From a virus (Duplodnaviria; Heunggongvirae; Uroviricota; Caudoviricetes), in the IMG/VR virus record IMGVR_UViG_3300028887_000066, positions 96,001 to 160,000 of that record: 64,000 nucleotides of DNA. One strand, 5' to 3'. Every line of letters starts with the position of its first letter. Position 1 is the stretch's first letter. The position numbers and the translations under genes are program-made. The notes below the pieces were generated by a model. It searched no databases. It was not told the origin of the DNA and saw only the letters and a program-made list of their open reading frames with translations. Below, one piece after another: positions 19,421 to 29,794 of the stretch.

Positions 19421-21283
19421 TTAGCGAAGCTCGTTGATGTTCCAAGTCTGAAGACCTGCCACCTTGATGGCTCCATAATATCTGTTGTTAACCATCTTCT
19501 TAGCATAACGAGTGATGATACCACGAACAGGTGCAAAGTTAGCACTGTTATAGATAACAGGAGTCAACTGCATTGGAACATAAGGTGCATAGATGTAACC
19601 TGTGTCAAGGAGACTGTCACCCTTATGACCTACAAGTGCGCTTTCAGCAGGTGAATATGGGTCAACATATACCTGATAACGTCCCTGAAGTGAACCAACC
19701 TTCTCAATACCCATTGAGTAAGTAGTAGCCTCAGCGTTAGCGTCAGTTACGTGGAAATACTCAAGGTCATTAAGCATTGCGTTAATCTCGGTAGAAACAA
19801 CTACGAAGTTTGCGCCACCACGAAGTGTTGCCTTGTGGATTTGAGCGGAAATCTGATTAACCTTAGTCATAAAGGTCTGATTCCAGTCCTTCTGAGTGTA
19901 GTTAGTGCTGAAACCACTCTGCCTACGCCATCCGTTGTAGTCCCAATTGAGCTGCCAAGGAGAACCCTTACGGAGGTCACGGAGAATCTCACGGTCAACC
20001 TCTGCTGCAATCTGCTCAGAAAGAATAGCTGTCAACTCAGCCTCTGCGTCGATGTTGTGGAATGCAGCAACGTCTTGCGCCATTTCAGGACTCCAAGTTG
20101 CACGAAGTTTGCGCTCCTCAACAGAAACGGTAACATCAGAAAGCTCGAAGCTAACCTCACCGATTTCAGTCTCAAGCTCAAGGCTGTCATACTGTGCCCA
20201 AGCCACCTGGAACTTATCAGCAACATTTGCTACAGTAATTGCTGAAGGATTAACACCTACCCAACCGTCGATAGTTGCACCGATTGCCTTAGTTGGTTTT
20301 GCAAGGTCAAGCTCAAGATAGATCTTACCTTTTGCATCGCAAGGATTACCGTATTCAACGATACCTGCACCGTAACGCTGTGTAACAACACGGAAAGGAA
20401 CATTCTCGTACTGATCAAAAGCTGTAGTAGTAAGACCGCTCATATCAGTAGCAGGAATAGCAGCCTTTGTGATAACCTTCAAAGAAGCAAGGAATGCCTC
20501 AGTATCCATCTCATTGCCATCAGGGCCAGTGAGCTTAGAAGCACGGAAGCTTGAGAAACCACCTACTGCAACGATAACGTTACGGAGTGTGTCGTCAAGA
20601 CCGCAAGTTTTATAGGTATTTGGCTTGCTATATTCACCATTGCTAAGAATCTCAGCAGCCTCAATAGTACCTACCTTAATAGTGATCTTACCCTTAGAAT
20701 TGTCATAAAGGAAGTCATTGTAGAAGAGGTCATAAAGAGATTTCTTCATGTACTGAGTCACCTGAGGAGTATTGCCGCTTGCGTCAACATTGATTACCTC
20801 ATCAGGAAGATAGTAACGGTTAACTGTCTCGCCACTTGCGCTGTTACGCTGTGTGCGCTCGTAGCCCATAAGGCCGTAGTGTGAACCTGTGTCGCCATCA
20901 GTGATCTGACCGTCATTCTGAACCTCCCATTTACGCTCTGATGTAACAGGCTTGATGAAGAACAGTTTACCGATAGGCATATTCATAGCCTGAACAGAAA
21001 CGATGTCGTTTGCAAGCAGGCGAGAGAACACACGGCGAACCAATGGGAACACCACTGTCTCGAATGAACCGCTGTTAGAAGCGTCAGTAGCCTCGTTAAG
21101 AGTCTTCAAAGTCTGGTTAGCCTGATTCTCGAAAAGAACGGCCATATTTTCTTTAAGGTATCCCTTCAAGCCCTTTGTGAAGCCAAGGTTTTCCCAACGC
21201 TCATTGATTTGCTTACGTACTTGGGTCTGTGCATCGGTAGCAATACGACCGACTTTACCCTCTGTCAAAAAATTAGAAATCAT
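19421..21283 (-). CDS. Major capsid protein (T4 gp23-like)
   Basis: FPLVRRVF..LANDIVSVQAM, RKLRATWSPEMAQDVAAFHNIDAEAEL, GYIYAPYVP and TRYA motifs. Confidence 0.97.
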   Translation of the reverse strand: MISNFLTEGKVGRIATDAQTQVRKQINERWENLGFTKGLKGYLKENMAVLFENQANQTLKTLNEATDASNSGSFETVVFPLVRRVFSRLLANDIVSVQAMNMPIGKLFFIKPVTSERKWEVQNDGQITDGDTGSHYGLMGYERTQRNSASGETVNRYYLPDEVINVDASGNTPQVTQYMKKSLYDLFYNDFLYDNSKGKITIKVGTIEAAEILSNGEYSKPNTYKTCGLDDTLRNVIVAVGGFSSFRASKLTGPDGNEMDTEAFLASLKVITKAAIPATDMSGLTTTAFDQYENVPFRVVTQRYGAGIVEYGNPCDAKGKIYLELDLAKPTKAIGATIDGWVGVNPSAITVANVADKFQVAWAQYDSLELETEIGEVSFELSDVTVSVEERKLRATWSPEMAQDVAAFHNIDAEAELTAILSEQIAAEVDREILRDLRKGSPWQLNWDYNGWRRQSGFSTNYTQKDWNQTFMTKVNQISAQIHKATLRGGANFVVVSTEINAMLNDLEYFHVTDANAEATTYSMGIEKVGSLQGRYQVYVDPYSPAESALVGHKGDSLLDTGYIYAPYVPMQLTPVIYNSANFAPVRGIITRYAKKMVNNRYYGAIKVAGLQTWNINELR

Positions 21284-21338
21284 TGTATAGAACGATTTTT
21301 ATTTCAGTTATTTTTATTTCTTATTTTGTAATTTGTTT

Positions 21339-22787
21339 TTACTTAAACAAGTTGTCCATTCTGTCCATCAAGTCAAGTGCTGGGTTGCTCTTTCTGTTCT
21401 GATAGATAGTGGTCTCGTTAAGCATGTCGGAAGATTTTGCTGAAATCTGCTTTTCAAGAACGACTGCTGATTTCTTGTTCTCATTGAGTTCCATTTTTAT
21501 TGTCTCATAGAGAGCTTTTCCTTCCTTAATGGTCTTTACATTGTTGAAACGCTCAAGAATTGTTTTCTTCTCTTTTGCGGTTGTTGTCTCGTTTACAAGA
21601 AGCTTGATCACCTGTCCCATATTGACGTTAAGTGTAGCTGCCTCATAAACGGCTTTCTTGAGTTTATCAATGCAAGCCTCGTATTTTTTGTTTTCAGCTT
21701 GGATTTCCTTTGCCTTGTTGAAGATTTTAGCTGCTGATTCCCTAAGAGCCTTTACTGTGGCATCATTAGGATCAGATACGACGTGTTGGTTCTGTGCATC
21801 CTTATTGAGCCTGTTGGTTGACTTCTTCATAGCGTGCTTAGTGTTCAAGCCTTGTCCGTCTTCCTCAAGTGTAGCTTCTTCGCCTGTCACAGGTGCTGAT
21901 CCACACTCGTTTACATTCTCATTGACCTTTTCATTAAATGGATCATCATCACCTTTTTTACCATAAGGTCTCTTATTACCCTCAGGCGCACCGTCGTCCA
22001 TAGAATAGGTGGTTTTCTTGTCTGCTGGCTCATTCATATTAAGTCCAGGCATCACATCTTTCTGGTAGTCATTAACCATCATGTTCTTCTCTTCTTTAAG
22101 TTCTTCTTCTGCATTATCAGCATCCTCATCCTCGCCGTCAAGCTGTATGTCGATGAAATCATCACCAGCTTCGTCAGTTTCATCACCGCCAAGATCGATT
22201 GTAAGCTCTTCACCATCGTCTTCGCCGTCGGTTTCAGGTGCTGCATCCTCAGGAGTCTCTTCAGGAGTTTCCTCTGCTGCGTCGGCATCTAGTTTGATCA
22301 CGTATTCTGCGCCAGTCTCTTCATCCTTGACTTCATAATCACCATTTTCATCTTTTTTGACAAAAATCTGATCATCATCACCAAGTTTATTATAGACCTT
22401 GAGGAGCATTTCTCCATCCTCATCATCCACGCCCGTGAAATCATAATCATTGTCGCCAACCTTGTAGTCCTCCATATCCGACCATTCGTCATCGGCATCC
22501 TCGGCGGGAGTTTCATCCTCGGCCTCGGCATTCTCGCCCTCCTCATTTTCAGGAGTTTCGTCAGAATCTGCTACGTCGGTATTGACATCCTCTACTTCAC
22601 AACTATCTTCCGAGCCGTCAACGCATGGCTCAGTTTTTGGTTCCTCGTCCTCATCATCATCGTTGATGAGATTCTCAAGAGCCTCATTCATGAGTTCCTT
22701 CATTGACTTTTCGGTACTCTCCTTCAATGCCTTTGCGATTTCTTCAGCATTGCGGATAGTTTTTTCTGCCGTATTATTTTTTTTCAT
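21339..22787 (-). CDS. Prohead core scaffold protein
   Basis: Very acidic middle and coiled-coil C-terminus; lies between protease and capsid genes. Confidence 0.8.
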   Translation of the reverse strand: MKKNNTAEKTIRNAEEIAKALKESTEKSMKELMNEALENLINDDDEDEEPKTEPCVDGSEDSCEVEDVNTDVADSDETPENEEGENAEAEDETPAEDADDEWSDMEDYKVGDNDYDFTGVDDEDGEMLLKVYNKLGDDDQIFVKKDENGDYEVKDEETGAEYVIKLDADAAEETPEETPEDAAPETDGEDDGEELTIDLGGDETDEAGDDFIDIQLDGEDEDADNAEEELKEEKNMMVNDYQKDVMPGLNMNEPADKKTTYSMDDGAPEGNKRPYGKKGDDDPFNEKVNENVNECGSAPVTGEEATLEEDGQGLNTKHAMKKSTNRLNKDAQNQHVVSDPNDATVKALRESAAKIFNKAKEIQAENKKYEACIDKLKKAVYEAATLNVNMGQVIKLLVNETTTAKEKKTILERFNNVKTIKEGKALYETIKMELNENKKSAVVLEKQISAKSSDMLNETTIYQNRKSNPALDLMDRMDNLFK

Positions 22788-22973
22788 AAAATAAGCTTTT
22801 TCTAATTAGAATTTGTTATATATTTTACTGATAAATATGAGCTAAAAGCAAAAAATCACATAGTACAAAGAAAAAAGTTGCATATTATGTGATATATTTC
22901 TATTTTTAGCACACATTTTAATTATAAATACTTCTTAACTCGTAAAATTTACACTTTGCCATTGTTTTTCCAT

Positions 22974-24218
22974 TTATCCGTTTAACCATGAGTCAAACTT
23001 GGAAAATTTGTCTTCTTTAATCAATGGCTTATCCTTATTTGATTCATCCGATTCAATATAAGGCTGTAAATCTTGCGGATTCATTTCAATAAACGCCGAA
23101 TTTGTCGATGGCTGTGACACACAATCCCAACAAACCAATTCAAGGTCATCACCAACTACAAGCTTATCCATTACTTGTGTAACAGAACCTAAAGCCCTTG
23201 ATGAAACACCTATCCTTAATCCTGAAAGTATCCAATGTGCAACTTGGTCGGCACAATTTGAAATTATTCCGTAGTTCCTAAAACCGTCACTGATTGGTAA
23301 TTCCATCTTTCCGACAAGAGTATGTCCTTCCCAATGAAGCTCTATTATATTCATTGCTATTCTTGAAAGGTCTATCGTAGATGTCTCAGGATGATTGCAA
23401 TTCTTTGTCCAATGCGCCTTATCTCCTTGCTTTACATACCACGTATGATTAGGTGTTTCAACACACAATACCCTTCCTTTATACGGCACTTTTTCTATCT
23501 TCATGTGCCTTTCATTAAGATAGACCCTTTTATCTGTCGAATATTTGTCAAGAGACATGTCCTTTTCACATGGTATAAAATAGAAATCATCTGTATCAGA
23601 ACCACCCATGCCAAAATTTCTTTCTATGTCCGTAGCCGTCTTAAAGCCATAGAAGGATGCCTTCCTATCATTTGAACTACCTCCAAGGCTATTTTTTATG
23701 ATATAAACAGGATACCCATGTTCAGGTGTGACAAAATCATCTATATAGCTTCCGTACATATGATAGAGCATACCGTCAAACAATTTGTCGGTTATAAATG
23801 TTACCTTCTGAAGTTCTACCTCATTCGTCCTTGTATTAAGTGTAATAACAGAATCACCGACCTCAATTTCACCAAGCGGTTTCCATCCCTCTTCTGTCAA
23901 ACATTCAGCATCTGGCGTATAGCATTCTCCATATGCGCTTCTCGCTTTTATTTTTTGCTGGTATTTTTCTACTTCTCTTTTTAATATAGATTCGGGATAT
24001 ATGCGCCCATTCGCATTTTCTATACCGAATTTTTGGAACACGGCTGACACAATGAATGGATTGGGAAGATTCCTTGCCCTTGACTCGCCATCTCCCAATG
24101 ATTCATTGAGCTTTTCGTTTCCCTTCACATCAAGAGACACGAAACCATCATTCTCAATAAGCAAGCCTTTTCCCTGCTCACCTTTTTTTATTTCGACTAA
24201 TGTATTTTCCTTATACAT
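22974..24218 (-). CDS. Prohead core protease (T4 gp21-like) containing a mini-intein
   Basis: NANGRIYP, AYGE[intein]CNHP, IGVSSRALGSV and CWDCVSQPST motifs. Confidence 0.92.
   Translation of the reverse strand: MYKENTLVEIKKGEQGKGLLIENDGFVSLDVKGNEKLNESLGDGESRARNLPNPFIVSAVFQKFGIENANGRIYPESILKREVEKYQQKIKARSAYGECYTPDAECLTEEGWKPLGEIEVGDSVITLNTRTNEVELQKVTFITDKLFDGMLYHMYGSYIDDFVTPEHGYPVYIIKNSLGGSSNDRKASFYGFKTATDIERNFGMGGSDTDDFYFIPCEKDMSLDKYSTDKRVYLNERHMKIEKVPYKGRVLCVETPNHTWYVKQGDKAHWTKNCNHPETSTIDLSRIAMNIIELHWEGHTLVGKMELPISDGFRNYGIISNCADQVAHWILSGLRIGVSSRALGSVTQVMDKLVVGDDLELVCWDCVSQPSTNSAFIEMNPQDLQPYIESDESNKDKPLIKEDKFSKFDSWLNG
23400..23924 (-). mobile_element. 175-aa mini-intein (no homing endonuclease) in prohead protease
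   Basis: Starts CYTPDAECLTEEGWK; block B VTPEH; block F VLCVETPNHTWYV; ends HWTKN followed by +1 Cys. Confidence 0.88.
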
Positions 24219-24319
24219 TTTTATATTATCACCATTTATTATTATAAATACCTTGAATCTGTGAAAAACTATATTTATTGTATATTTGTGAAAAATAACC
24301 TTTCAATTAGAAAAAACAA

Positions 24320-24541
24320 ATGTCGAAAAACAATTGCATTAAAGTGGACGGAACAATATTGGAAGCATTATCCAATTCCAACTTCAAAGTAGAACTTGAC
24401 AATGGGGCGGTTATTATATGCTTTTTGTCGGGTAAAATGAGAATGAACTATATTAAAGTAATACCTGGGGATAGGGTTGGAGTGGAAATGAGTCCGTATG
24501 ATCTAACAAAGGGGAGGATTTCTGTCAGATATAAGGCATAA
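24320..24541 (+). CDS. infA: Translation initiation factor IF-1
   Basis: [44 protein letters not shown]. Confidence 0.95.
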   Translation: MSKNNCIKVDGTILEALSNSNFKVELDNGAVIICFLSGKMRMNYIKVIPGDRVGVEMSPYDLTKGRISVRYKA

Positions 24542-24724
24542 TTTGATCAGTAATTATAGAACTATATAGTGTGTGCGCACACACATTCCTTGACCTTAAT
24601 CAAAAAATGGGGCTGAAACTATGTTTTACGGCATAGTTTTGACCCCATTTTACTTTTTAAGAATATATATTTGTGACGCAAATTCAAAGTAATAATAACA
24701 TTTTAAGAAAAATTAGAAAAAATT

Positions 24725-25117
24725 ATGAGAAAGTTTTTAATTACAATGGTTAGTATTTTTATGTTTGCAATGAGTGCAAGCGCAAATGACGTTAAAGTGA
24801 TCAACGACACAATTCATTCACATTTTAACAAAATTACTGTAAACGTTCCTGCAAAGATCAGGGTGTTGGAATCAAACACAATGATGATACGTATTATCGC
24901 ACCTGACGGAACAACGGCTAATTCAGTAAAATGGGATGTTCAGGACGGAAAACTTAGAATCTTCCCTGTACGTAGTGAAGACTTTTTTGAAAAAGAAGTG
25001 AATATCATAATCACAAGTCCATTGATCAAAAATGCTGACACAATGAAATTTCCTGAGATTGAAGCAGGCAGAGACTGCGTTATTATCGAAAATAAGCAAA
25101 TCAAAATGGAAAGTTAA
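24725..25117 (+). CDS. Secreted protein, possibly DUF2807/GIN-like
   Basis: Sec signal ending ASA; FNKITVNVPAKIRV and VQDGKLRI motifs. Confidence 0.45.
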   Translation: MRKFLITMVSIFMFAMSASANDVKVINDTIHSHFNKITVNVPAKIRVLESNTMMIRIIAPDGTTANSVKWDVQDGKLRIFPVRSEDFFEKEVNIIITSPLIKNADTMKFPEIEAGRDCVIIENKQIKMES

Positions 25118-25202
25118 TGCTATGGACACTAACGGTACAAACATTACAAAGAAGAAATCGGGACGCTCAAACTTAGATGCTTGAATGTCCCGATTTTATT
25201 TT

Positions 25203-26810
25203 TTACCATAACGGATTTCTATGAGAAATTCTTACTGTCCGACTCAATGGTTTCTGATTATTTACTACAGTTGTTCCATTACGTCCCACTATTATTCTCA
25301 CTTTCCTATTTTCATTATTTAATGGGTTCTGTTTAATTTCCTTTAAGACTGTTCTTTCATTTACTATTATTTGTGGCATTATCGTCTCCGTATTGAGTCG
25401 ATTGGGTATTTTCTTATGTCCAGGATTCCATTTAAAATATTCAGACTTATGAATATTTTTATCCAAATATGAGACAATATCTGTTTGAAGCTTCCATACG
25501 GCATAGTTGAATGACAATTGGTCTCTATGGGATTTATTTTTTAATTCCTCCCACCATTTCTCCATTAATTTTATACATTCATAATCATTATGTTTCCTGA
25601 TTATGATATTCGATTGTACTAACCCATAATCAGATGGAAAACCTTCTTCCCTATACCCGTTTAACTGTTTATTAACATTTTCTTTTGTATCCTTTTTTAG
25701 TCTTATTACTGCCGACCCTTCAGCATATATGCAATTTCTTTCAGGATGCTGTGGTATAAACACACTTTTTTCGCTATCTATGTTTTCATTAAATAATTTT
25801 GAAACTGTACTTAAAATTTCAATATTTCCATCTATCCATAATGACATTTTGTATTCTGATAAATATTTGTGAGGATTTATCTTTATACAACGCTGTTTCT
25901 TAACATTCGATAAATTCATATCCGATACTTCATATGGAATTTGTCTAATTTCCCATACATTAGATTTAATATCTGTATTATCGGTAAAGCAAATATAATC
26001 CACATCAGGATCAACAACTCTTGGCTCAAGAAGGGTATCGTAACCACCAATTATACAAGTATATACAACTTTATCAGGTCTCGGATAATTCCATAAATGT
26101 TTATTTTCCTCAAGCCAAACTTCTGGATCTATTCTTTTGTAATGATGCTTGTTTCTCGCAGACTCTAACCAACTTCCAGCCCTATAATGTTCTATATAAC
26201 AGTTGTTATCTATCCTTTTCATATTATTTTGTACATCATCATAAAATGAGCCTCCAGTATCGTAAAACCTGCTTTGCGGGGTTATATTAAAACCAAGCAT
26301 TCTATTTTCGTCAAAAAAATGAATGCCATTTTCTTTACATTTAATAACATTAATATAACATATAAATGGAGTTATTCGTTTTCTTGGCCCAAATCTTTCA
26401 ATATCGGCAACAGCATAGTAGTCGTCATTACAAATTTCAGAAATATCTCTTTTTATTAAAACATCAGAATCCAATAAAATAAAATTATCCCCTATTAGAT
26501 CCATACATTTTTCTATTGAATAACAATGTTTTGCACTTCCAAAATCATTTACGGCAGCACCAATTCCTCTGTCTCTTTTAGGATAATGTGTAAGCCATTC
26601 CTCAAAATTTATTATTTGCCCCTTCGTGTTATCAAACACGGTCATATTATCATAATGCTTGACCCACGGATTAACGTCACTATTGTCGAATATGTATATA
26701 TAAGAATCAGGGGTATTACGTTTAATACTCCTTACAAGTGCATCCGTTAAATTCGGCGTATTATAATGTACTATACATATTTTTACCATAGTATTACTTT
26801 TGTAAATCAA
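25203..26810 (-). CDS. Fused glycosyltransferase (GT2-like + DUF616/TOD1-MUCI70-like)
   Basis: ICIVHYNTP..FILLDSDV (GT-A); VVYTCIIGGYD..YICFTD..SLWIDGN..HPERNCIY..RDQLSFNY. Confidence 0.8.
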   Translation of the reverse strand: MIYKSNTMVKICIVHYNTPNLTDALVRSIKRNTPDSYIYIFDNSDVNPWVKHYDNMTVFDNTKGQIINFEEWLTHYPKRDRGIGAAVNDFGSAKHCYSIEKCMDLIGDNFILLDSDVLIKRDISEICNDDYYAVADIERFGPRKRITPFICYINVIKCKENGIHFFDENRMLGFNITPQSRFYDTGGSFYDDVQNNMKRIDNNCYIEHYRAGSWLESARNKHHYKRIDPEVWLEENKHLWNYPRPDKVVYTCIIGGYDTLLEPRVVDPDVDYICFTDNTDIKSNVWEIRQIPYEVSDMNLSNVKKQRCIKINPHKYLSEYKMSLWIDGNIEILSTVSKLFNENIDSEKSVFIPQHPERNCIYAEGSAVIRLKKDTKENVNKQLNGYREEGFPSDYGLVQSNIIIRKHNDYECIKLMEKWWEELKNKSHRDQLSFNYAVWKLQTDIVSYLDKNIHKSEYFKWNPGHKKIPNRLNTETIMPQIIVNERTVLKEIKQNPLNNENRKVRIIVGRNGTTVVNNQKPLSRTVRISHRNPLW

Positions 26811-27618
26811 GCAAATCTCCTATCCTGATATTATCTGAAGGGTCTTTGTATTTGAATGTCATAGCTCCAGGCGTGAATGTCATCTCACCAAGGTAAACAG
26901 TTTCGTCAATCTCATAAAAATCAACTCTAACAAATTTGAATGGTTCGGAAAGCTTCTTTGAATATTCCACCATTTCATTGAAACCTGATGGTTTTTTGTA
27001 TTTGTTGTTTGGTTTTACCTTATAAAGATTCACCTCATTATCGTTCATATCATAATACATTATATCACCATGTCCGAAGCCATCATTTACCGTCCATAAT
27101 TTAGGATTCCCATTAAAGCACCAAAACTTATAATCAAACAAAGAATCACCATTCCCGTCACGCATTCTTTTTTCCGCAAATATTCTATGTGGTATATCAT
27201 GATAATGTATTTCAACACCATTTCTGAAAGCAAAATCATCTTTCATCCATTTGTCAAGATTGCGTATTGCCGCAGTTTTGTCTAATTTTGCCTTATCATT
27301 GACAATAATATTCATACCACTCCCATGATTGCATTTCATTACAAACTCATTCGGCAGCTCATCCCAATTTATTTCAGATATATCATTATACATCTTAATA
27401 ATAGGGATACAAATATCCTTTCCAAGCTTTTCTTTGCAATATTCGTGTAATAATATTTTATCTGCACACTTAACTTTCAATGGGTTTGTATCATAAAAAT
27501 TAAGCCAAGCCAATTTCTCCTGTATTGTTCTTGGGTTATCCATATTGAAAGACAAACCTATTCTTCTGAATATTGCTCTCTCTCTGTCAATATATTTAAG
27601 CGGATCAATACTATACAT
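26794..27618 (-). CDS. TupA-like ATP-grasp amidoligase
   Basis: NPRTIQEKL, CADK, FVMKCNHGSG, DYKFWCFNG and FVRVDFY..YLGEMTFTPG. Confidence 0.88.
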   Translation of the reverse strand: MYSIDPLKYIDRERAIFRRIGLSFNMDNPRTIQEKLAWLNFYDTNPLKVKCADKILLHEYCKEKLGKDICIPIIKMYNDISEINWDELPNEFVMKCNHGSGMNIIVNDKAKLDKTAAIRNLDKWMKDDFAFRNGVEIHYHDIPHRIFAEKRMRDGNGDSLFDYKFWCFNGNPKLWTVNDGFGHGDIMYYDMNDNEVNLYKVKPNNKYKKPSGFNEMVEYSKKLSEPFKFVRVDFYEIDETVYLGEMTFTPGAMTFKYKDPSDNIRIGDLLDLQK

Positions 27619-28768
27619 TTAATTCCTCCTCCGTAAAATAGCCGTCAGATATTAGGTCTTTCTCAGACTGTTTAACAAGAATATCTTTTTCAAAATCATT
27701 GTATTTTGAATTGTATTCGCAATCATCCAACAATTCGCCTATTGCCTGTTTGCCTATTTTCGTATTATTGGCCAACTCCTTAAAGAGGCTTATAAAGTCT
27801 TTTGCATCAATATCTATAAGCTTACCGAAGAAGTCGGGTATTATCTTAGGTTCAATGTCACGGTTAAGTGTAACCATATTCCATAGCCCTACACCGAAAC
27901 GCATATCCCAAGGCTCCTCTTCCAATATATCGGCCTTGTTCAGTACATTTTTTGCTACGTTAAAATCGTCAGGAAGCCCATTCGATGATATAAGTTCCAT
28001 TATCCCTTTTATGGACTCTATAAGCAGTATAGGAAATGTTAATGCCTTCACATCAATGTTTGACATTTTTTCCTCATTTCCAAGAACGACCTTTACAAAA
28101 CCACCCTGATGATGATTATCATCTTTTACTTCATCGTCCACATTAAAAAGAAGATACTCATTTATCTTTATCAATTTGCTATACAAATGCGGCAACTCTT
28201 CATCAATGTCAAAAAGTTCATTAATGTACATCTTCTTTGCCTTTTCAAATAAACTCATGGAAACACCGTATACCAATGAATCTATCAACCTTCTCTTTTG
28301 AACTTCGATACCTTCCCCGTCTATTTCATCAAGACTATTATATTCATAGTCTTCATTCGTATCGGGCGAAATATGAAACTCCAAACCACTATCAATGAAA
28401 TCAACTAACTCACATTTGAATATTATCTCATCTTCGGGTATATTGAAAAGCTGTACTAATGTATTGTAGCACAATTTTTCCAATTGCGGTCTGATATTCT
28501 TCTCCTTTTCCTGACAAAGCCTCATAAGCTTGTTAAAATGATTCGACACCTTTTCTAATGGTATCTGTGAAATATCATCCGTAAAATCCTTTTTGATTTC
28601 ATCAAACCTTTTTGTAAGTATTTTTTTTGAAAACTCTTTATCATCTAACGGAATATTTGACTCTTTATTCTCAAGGGCATTGAAAATTTTGGAAGGAATA
28701 CCACATTCCTTCCTATTTTCATTATGTATATATTGAATCTGTTTTTCCGTTAAAAATACGTTTTTCAT
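27611..28768 (-). CDS. Putative internal head protein
   Basis: N-terminal MKNVFLTEKQIQ motif; overlaps its neighbours. Confidence 0.55.
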   Translation of the reverse strand: MKNVFLTEKQIQYIHNENRKECGIPSKIFNALENKESNIPLDDKEFSKKILTKRFDEIKKDFTDDISQIPLEKVSNHFNKLMRLCQEKEKNIRPQLEKLCYNTLVQLFNIPEDEIIFKCELVDFIDSGLEFHISPDTNEDYEYNSLDEIDGEGIEVQKRRLIDSLVYGVSMSLFEKAKKMYINELFDIDEELPHLYSKLIKINEYLLFNVDDEVKDDNHHQGGFVKVVLGNEEKMSNIDVKALTFPILLIESIKGIMELISSNGLPDDFNVAKNVLNKADILEEEPWDMRFGVGLWNMVTLNRDIEPKIIPDFFGKLIDIDAKDFISLFKELANNTKIGKQAIGELLDDCEYNSKYNDFEKDILVKQSEKDLISDGYFTEEELNV

Positions 28769-29064
28769 TTCAAATCACTCTTTTTATATTTCTTGGATTC
28801 ATTCATCAATTTTGCTAGACGAGCTTCTTTAAGTTCTTTTTTTGTATACATGCTGTACTTCGATTCATCAAGGGTGTCCTGATCAACGACTATCTGAGCC
28901 TTGTTAAGTCCTTGTGCATCGAGTTCATGATTCTGCTGCATAAGACTTGTTTGGGTAACTTTCCCGTTATTATCGGTCTTTGCGGAAACTTTTATCCCAG
29001 CACCCTGATTCAATGTCTCGAACAGTTTGCTAAACTGTGACTCTGTAATGTGTATATTACGCAT
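28765..29064 (-). CDS. Small putative head protein
   Basis: MRNIHITESQFSKLFE start; LDES/MNES sites. Confidence 0.55.
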   Translation of the reverse strand: MRNIHITESQFSKLFETLNQGAGIKVSAKTDNNGKVTQTSLMQQNHELDAQGLNKAQIVVDQDTLDESKYSMYTKKELKEARLAKLMNESKKYKKSDLK

Positions 29065-29137
29065 AATATTTATCATCTTTTACCTTTATAAATATATTAT
29101 AGAAGCAAAAATGGCGGGTTATATTCCCGCCATCGTT

Positions 29138-29794
29138 TTATTTCTTAATAAAATCCTTTGCCTTAAACGGTGATTTCTTAGTTTTCTTCTGTTTCTCAAC
29201 AGATTTAATACTTTCCTCATCCCCCGTATTAGTCAATTCCTGATTCAGACTTTCCATCAAGCCATTAATTTCTTGTTTTCTAAAAACACATTCATTTAAC
29301 CCCATATTATCATCCACAGGAAGTTCTTCATCATTCATACCAACCTCATCACCAGTATTTTGTGGTGTTTCGTCCTCAGGACTTTCAGTAGTATTAATGG
29401 ATTTAATAAGGTCTTTTTTCCCATTTTCATCCATACCCTTTGCCGCAGCTTTCACTATCATCTTACCAACATATTTTGACAATTCACCATCGTCTCCATT
29501 TTCGTTATTATATTTGTTCAATGATTGTGATAACTTGCCCGTAAGTTGTTGTATGAATTTCTTTGGGTCAGTGTCTTCATCAGCTTCTACGCCCGCATCA
29601 AAACCTGTATCAAATTCACTTTCTCCTGAATTGTTTTGCATATCAGTTTCTTCTCCGCCAAAAGGGTCTTGAGGCATACCATTTCCTCCCATTTGATTCA
29701 TTTGAGAATCTGGCATTTGTTCTATTGGTGGCATTTGCGGTTGCTGAGGCTCTTGATTGTTACCTGTTTTCAGAAATGTCTTATTTTCGTTTAC
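29138..29794 (-). CDS. Acidic head protein, probably made as a -1 frameshift extension of 29791-31362
   Basis: Frame is open 20 codons upstream of the ATG at 29734, back to the A-AAA-AAG slippery site. Confidence 0.6.
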   Translation of the reverse strand, partial: VNENKTFLKTGNNQEPQQPQMPPIEQMPDSQMNQMGGNGMPQDPFGGEETDMQNNSGESEFDTGFDAGVEADEDTDPKKFIQQLTGKLSQSLNKYNNENGDDGELSKYVGKMIVKAAAKGMDENGKKDLIKSINTTESPEDETPQNTGDEVGMNDEELPVDDNMGLNECVFRKQEINGLMESLNQELTNTGDEESIKSVEKQKKTKKSPFKAKDFIKK

